A DNA stretch of 64,000 bases, taken from the IMG/VR virus record IMGVR_UViG_3300030202_002822. The stretch is one strand, 5' to 3'. The position numbers and the translations under genes were made by a program. Below the pieces are notes generated by a model. That model searched no databases. It saw nothing but the letters and a program-made list of their open reading frames with translations, and was not told where the DNA came from. This stretch comes from a virus. This document shows positions 61,052 to 64,000 of the stretch, piece by piece. Every line of letters begins with the position of its first letter. Position 1 is the first letter of the stretch.

Positions 61052-61501
61052 ATGGCGATTATTAAAGAAAACAGTAAAGTAAAAGTGCATTATACAGGAA
61101 AATATTCTGACGGTAATGTTTTCGATTCATCGAAAGCAGTCGAAGGTCACGAACAATTCACGGACAGAGAACCATTAAATATCGAATTAGGAAAGGGTCA
61201 GTTAATTCCAGGTTTTGAAAAAGCCTTACAAGGTATGGCAGAAGGTGAAACTAAAACCGTTACTATAGAGTCCGCAGACGCTTACGGACCAATTAAAGAA
61301 GACCACTATCAAGAGGTTGACAAAAAATTTGTACCTGAAACAGTTAAAGAAGGGGATATGCTTCAAACTGAGAATGAGCAACAACAAGTTATGCAGGTGA
61401 CGGTAAAGGAAGTTAAAGAAAATACAGTTGTATTAGATGCAAATCATCCATTAGCTGGTAAGGATTTAACCTTCGAGTTAGAGGTTGTAGCTGTATCTTA
61501 A
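61052..61501 (+). CDS. slyD: FKBP-type peptidyl-prolyl isomerase, SlyD-like (start revised to 61052)
   Basis: KVHYTG...FDSS, LIPGFEKAL, DANHPLAGKDLTFELEV; no His-rich tail. Confidence 0.92.
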   Translation: MAIIKENSKVKVHYTGKYSDGNVFDSSKAVEGHEQFTDREPLNIELGKGQLIPGFEKALQGMAEGETKTVTIESADAYGPIKEDHYQEVDKKFVPETVKEGDMLQTENEQQQVMQVTVKEVKENTVVLDANHPLAGKDLTFELEVVAVS

Positions 61502-61538
61502 ATAGCAATTATTATTTATTAATTATTTGTTTTTTTAT

Positions 61539-61564
61539 AAAACCCTCCTAGTGAGGGTTTTTTT
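61539..61564 (+). terminator. Intrinsic terminator
   Basis: AAAACCCTC/GAGGGTTTT hairpin. Confidence 0.8.
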
Positions 61565-61600
61565 ATCTCTATATGTTATATTTATAATAAACAAATAATT

Positions 61601-61828
61601 ATGAAGGAATTTTTAAAGGATATCTTAATAGAAGATAAAAAGGACGGAAAAACATCATCAAAAAAGGTGATGGGTGTATTAGGTTCAGTACTAGCTTTTA
61701 GTGCTTTTGTAGTAGATGGGTTTAATTTCTATGAAATTGACTCAGGGATGTTTGACTCAATGTTGATATTTTCTGGTACAATGTTAGGTGCCTCAATCGT
61801 AAAAGGATTTGGCAGTGCATCAAAATAA
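61601..61828 (+). CDS. Holin-like two-TM protein
   Basis: 75 aa, two TMs after SSKK, TATTTATA at 61579-61586. Confidence 0.55.
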   Translation: MKEFLKDILIEDKKDGKTSSKKVMGVLGSVLAFSAFVVDGFNFYEIDSGMFDSMLIFSGTMLGASIVKGFGSASK

Positions 61829-61844
61829 CCTATACGGTAATTGT

Positions 61845-61875
61845 AAAAAGAGTCAGAGCAATCTGGCTCTTTTTT
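61845..61875. terminator. Bidirectional terminator
   Basis: AAAAAGAGTCAGA-gcaa-TCTGGCTCTTTTTT. Confidence 0.85.
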
Positions 61876-61972
61876 ACTTATTAGTTGTAGTGTTAATTGT
61901 TGTTACAGTAGTATTACTAGTGTTTGTGTTTACGGGTTTAGTATTCCCTTTCTTTTTACAATTGCAAGGCAT
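61874..61972 (-). CDS. 32-aa micro-protein MPCNCKKK... (absent from the ORF track)
   Basis: My translation MPCNCKKKGNTKPVNTNTSNTTVTTINTTTNK; late-type motif upstream and terminator immediately downstream. Confidence 0.6.
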   Translation of the reverse strand: MPCNCKKKGNTKPVNTNTSNTTVTTINTTTNK

Positions 61973-62105
61973 AGTTTTAAATTTTAAATCTTATATTATG
62001 TTGTATATAAATAAATATAGGGTAAAGGTAAAATAAACTATAATTATTTATCTTTTAAAAAAAATACATATATTTGTATTATAACTATACTAAATTATTA
62101 AAAAT

Positions 62106-62300
62106 ATGTTAAAAGTAAATGTTAAAGGTGGGAATATTGAGAAGGCTCTTAAAATCTTAAAAAGAAAAACAAAAAATGTAAAACAAATTGTTGAATTGAG
62201 AGACAATAAAGAATATACTAAACCTTCAGAAGCCAATAGAAATAAAAAAAAGAAAGCAATATATATTAACAAGAAAAAAAACGAAGAAGACAATGCTTAA
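62106..62300 (+). CDS. rpsU: Ribosomal protein bS21
   Basis: NIEKALKILKRK...ELRDNKEYTKPS pattern; 64 aa, basic; TATATTTG at 62069. Confidence 0.88.
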   Translation: MLKVNVKGGNIEKALKILKRKTKNVKQIVELRDNKEYTKPSEANRNKKKKAIYINKKKNEEDNA

Positions 62301-62526
62301 TATATTTAAACGAAAAAGAGTTACTTTTTTAAATAATAAGTGGGAATTATTAAAAAGTAATGTTAAGATATCAACAACACCAAAAGTACATGAATTAATA
62401 TATATTACGGAGGAAAACAAATACTATAGTGTTTGTAACGTAGTTTACAATATAAGTGGTCGTAAATGCAATGATATTTTCGTAATTATAGAAGAATATA
62501 TTGACGATGTTAATTTATTTGAATAA
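62293..62526 (+). CDS. Hypothetical protein
   Basis: 77 aa ORF overlapping the rpsU stop. Confidence 0.6.
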   Translation: MLNIFKRKRVTFLNNKWELLKSNVKISTTPKVHELIYITEENKYYSVCNVVYNISGRKCNDIFVIIEEYIDDVNLFE

Positions 62527-62530
62527 AAAG

Positions 62531-62561
62531 TTGACATGTATTAAAAATATGTGTATATTTG
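62531..62561 (+). promoter_or_regulatory. Promoter upstream of the ncRNA pair
   Basis: TTGACA-N17-TATATTTG with no ORF before the next terminator. Confidence 0.8.
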
Positions 62562-62575
62562 TTGTATAGTATTAA

Positions 62576-62626
62576 AGAAAGGATACAGCAGTTTAAAAAC
62601 TCAAATCGGAAAACAATTCCTTTCTG
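62576..62626 (+). ncRNA. Candidate small structured RNA, copy 1
   Basis: AGAAAGGA pairs with TCCTTTCT; followed by TACAGCAG; ends in CTG. Confidence 0.6.
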
Positions 62627-62639
62627 TTACTTTTTATAA

Positions 62640-62691
62640 AGAAAAGATACAGCAATTCACACACAAAGCAAAATGTAAAAATTCTTTTCTG
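62640..62691 (+). ncRNA. Candidate small structured RNA, copy 2
   Basis: AGAAAAGA pairs with TCTTTTCT (compensatory change versus copy 1); followed by TACAGCAA; ends in CTG. Confidence 0.6.
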
Positions 62692-62719
62692 AAACTAGTT
62701 TTTTTAATATAGTATAATT

Positions 62720-62747
62720 AATCCTCAGTGATAAGCTGGGGATTTTT
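62720..62747 (+). terminator. Intrinsic terminator
   Basis: AATCCTCAG/CTGGGGATT hairpin plus T-run. Confidence 0.75.
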
Positions 62748-62764
62748 ATTTAAAAATTTTAATT

Positions 62765-63286
62765 ATGGGTAAAGATAAAAATTTTCCATCACTGTTAATC
62801 ATAGGAAATAAAAGACATGGTAAGGATAGCTTAGCTGAAATACTAGGTGATAAGTTTGGACTTAAATTTAAATCGTCATCACAAGCTTGTGCAGATATTT
62901 TCATTTACGATGAATTAAAAACAAAGTATGGTTATAATACACCAGAAGAATGTTTTGAAGATAGGGTTAATCATAGAAGGGAGTGGTATGAAATGATTAG
63001 AGATTACAACAAAGACGATAGAAGTAAATTAGCTAAAGAAGTTTTAAAAACCACTGATTGTTATGTTGGGATGAGAGACAGGGAAGAAATAGAAGAATGT
63101 TTAAAAAATGAACTATTTGATTTAGTAATATGGGTTGATGCTTCAGACAGATTACCACTTGAGGATAAGGAATCATTTAATATAGATAAATCATGCGCTC
63201 ACATTATTTTAGATAATAATGGGACATATGATGAGTTTGTAAATAAGAGTGTACTATTAGGTAAATTACTAACTGGGACTATCTAA
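62765..63286 (+). CDS. Deoxynucleoside monophosphate kinase-like P-loop protein
   Basis: IIGNKRHGKDS P-loop; GMRD..E; IILDNNGT. Confidence 0.75.
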   Translation: MGKDKNFPSLLIIGNKRHGKDSLAEILGDKFGLKFKSSSQACADIFIYDELKTKYGYNTPEECFEDRVNHRREWYEMIRDYNKDDRSKLAKEVLKTTDCYVGMRDREEIEECLKNELFDLVIWVDASDRLPLEDKESFNIDKSCAHIILDNNGTYDEFVNKSVLLGKLLTGTI

Positions 63287-63316
63287 CATTAAATTAAATA
63301 TCGTAACAATTAAAAT

Positions 63317-63348
63317 AACCCTGTAATTGATTACGGGGTTTGTTTTTT
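63317..63348 (+). terminator. Intrinsic terminator
   Basis: AACCCTGTAAT/ATTACGGGGTT hairpin plus T-rich tail. Confidence 0.75.
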
Positions 63349-63388
63349 ATTTAAATTTCTTTATATTTATATACAAAGGTAATTCACT

Positions 63389-63847
63389 ATGAAAATGTTA
63401 GATACGATAAATAAAGAATTGGAAGGTAAAAAGCTACCCCCAAATGCAAATAAAATATTTGATATAATTAAAAAGTGTGATGAATTATCACTCAATGTTT
63501 CAAAATTATACACCAAGTTAAGTTTTGAAACGATAGGTGCTATTATATTAGGTGAGACTGATATATCTAAGTACGATTCAATGGTTGAAACTTTAGATGA
63601 TTACTCTAATCAGTATGATAGAGAGTTAAGCTCTGAAATGAAATTGGTTGAGGATAATTATGATACATATGAAGATTTTTTTCACGTTATAGATAATAAC
63701 ACAAGTGATATTATTTCTTGGAGAAAAATAAGTTCTTTATCTGATTTAACGAGAAAGTTAGTAGACCTAACATCAGAAGACCATGATAAATTCATGAGAC
63801 AAGCGAATAAAGATTCCGAAATAAATAATTTTAAAAGGTTTTCTTAA
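63389..63847 (+). CDS. Acidic hypothetical protein (late-motif promoter)
   Basis: 152 aa; TATTTATA at 63364-63371. Confidence 0.65.
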   Translation: MKMLDTINKELEGKKLPPNANKIFDIIKKCDELSLNVSKLYTKLSFETIGAIILGETDISKYDSMVETLDDYSNQYDRELSSEMKLVEDNYDTYEDFFHVIDNNTSDIISWRKISSLSDLTRKLVDLTSEDHDKFMRQANKDSEINNFKRFS

Positions 63848-63848
63848 A

Positions 63849-64000
63849 ATGAAAAAACTAATTAAAAAACTAATAAGGGAGGGACTTGAAGAGAATAACT
63901 TCAATAGGTTATTAGGTGAAGTTACTAGCACCCTAGATTTTTCCACTTTTAAGGTAAATGAGACACTTAATCCTGAAATATGGGAAAGTAACAACACAAT
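63849..64000 (+). CDS. 5'-partial gene with MKKLIKKLIRE leader, possibly a nucleotidyltransferase
   Basis: My translation MKKLIKKLIREGLEENNFNRLLGEVTSTLDFSTFKVNETLNPEIWESNNT; runs off the window. Confidence 0.5.
   Translation, partial: MKKLIKKLIREGLEENNFNRLLGEVTSTLDFSTFKVNETLNPEIWESNNT

Noticed and set aside
61809-62036. Plus-strand hydrophobic 75-aa ORF
   Set aside because: It crosses a strong terminator and is antisense to the better-supported MPCNCKK micro-ORF; its V/L richness mirrors that ORF's T/N codons.
60480-62760. tRNA genes near the tmRNA
   Set aside because: I found no cloverleaf other than the tRNA-like domain of the tmRNA.
1-64000. Stop-codon reassignment, as seen in some large Bacteroidota phages
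   Set aside because: Long ORFs are intact in code 11, and both TAG (nrdA) and TGA (15034..17829) end genes at sensible places.

Overview
This is a strongly AT-rich, densely coding segment of a large lytic tailed phage (myovirus-like, probably jumbo class), read in the standard genetic code. The host is very likely Bacteroidota/Flavobacteria, based on TAnnTTTG -7 promoter elements, A-rich SD-less starts, SprB repeats, a Bacteroidota-type ClpP and Hc1, and ribosomal protein bS21. Left to right: helicase C-terminus, nrdB/nrdA, a ~25 kb baseplate/tail operon (3.2-28.3 kb), a recombination/replication block (RuvC-like, primase, PD-(D/E)xK nuclease, SbcD/SbcC, sigma70), lysis-like membrane genes, acidic head/internal-protein-like genes with a shared N-terminal motif, a peptidase M15 endolysin, an accessory region (Hc1, lipoprotein, DUF2828 vWA protein, a 1.3 kb insertion, GIY-YIG, RHH+HNH cassette), and a translation/proteostasis cluster (DnaJ, ClpP, tmRNA, SlyD, bS21). 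The best novelty candidates are: (i) a three-copy structured ncRNA motif with covarying end-pairing stems, one copy directly after the Ro60/TROVE-like DUF2828 gene and two in their own promoter-terminator unit; (ii) an inserted cassette encoding two sigma-region-2-like mini-proteins and a major-capsid-N-terminus-like protein; (iii) a tmRNA with an atypical 26-aa tag next to ClpP; (iv) a family of proteins with a putative capsid-targeting leader. All family assignments come from motif recognition by eye; no database search was run.
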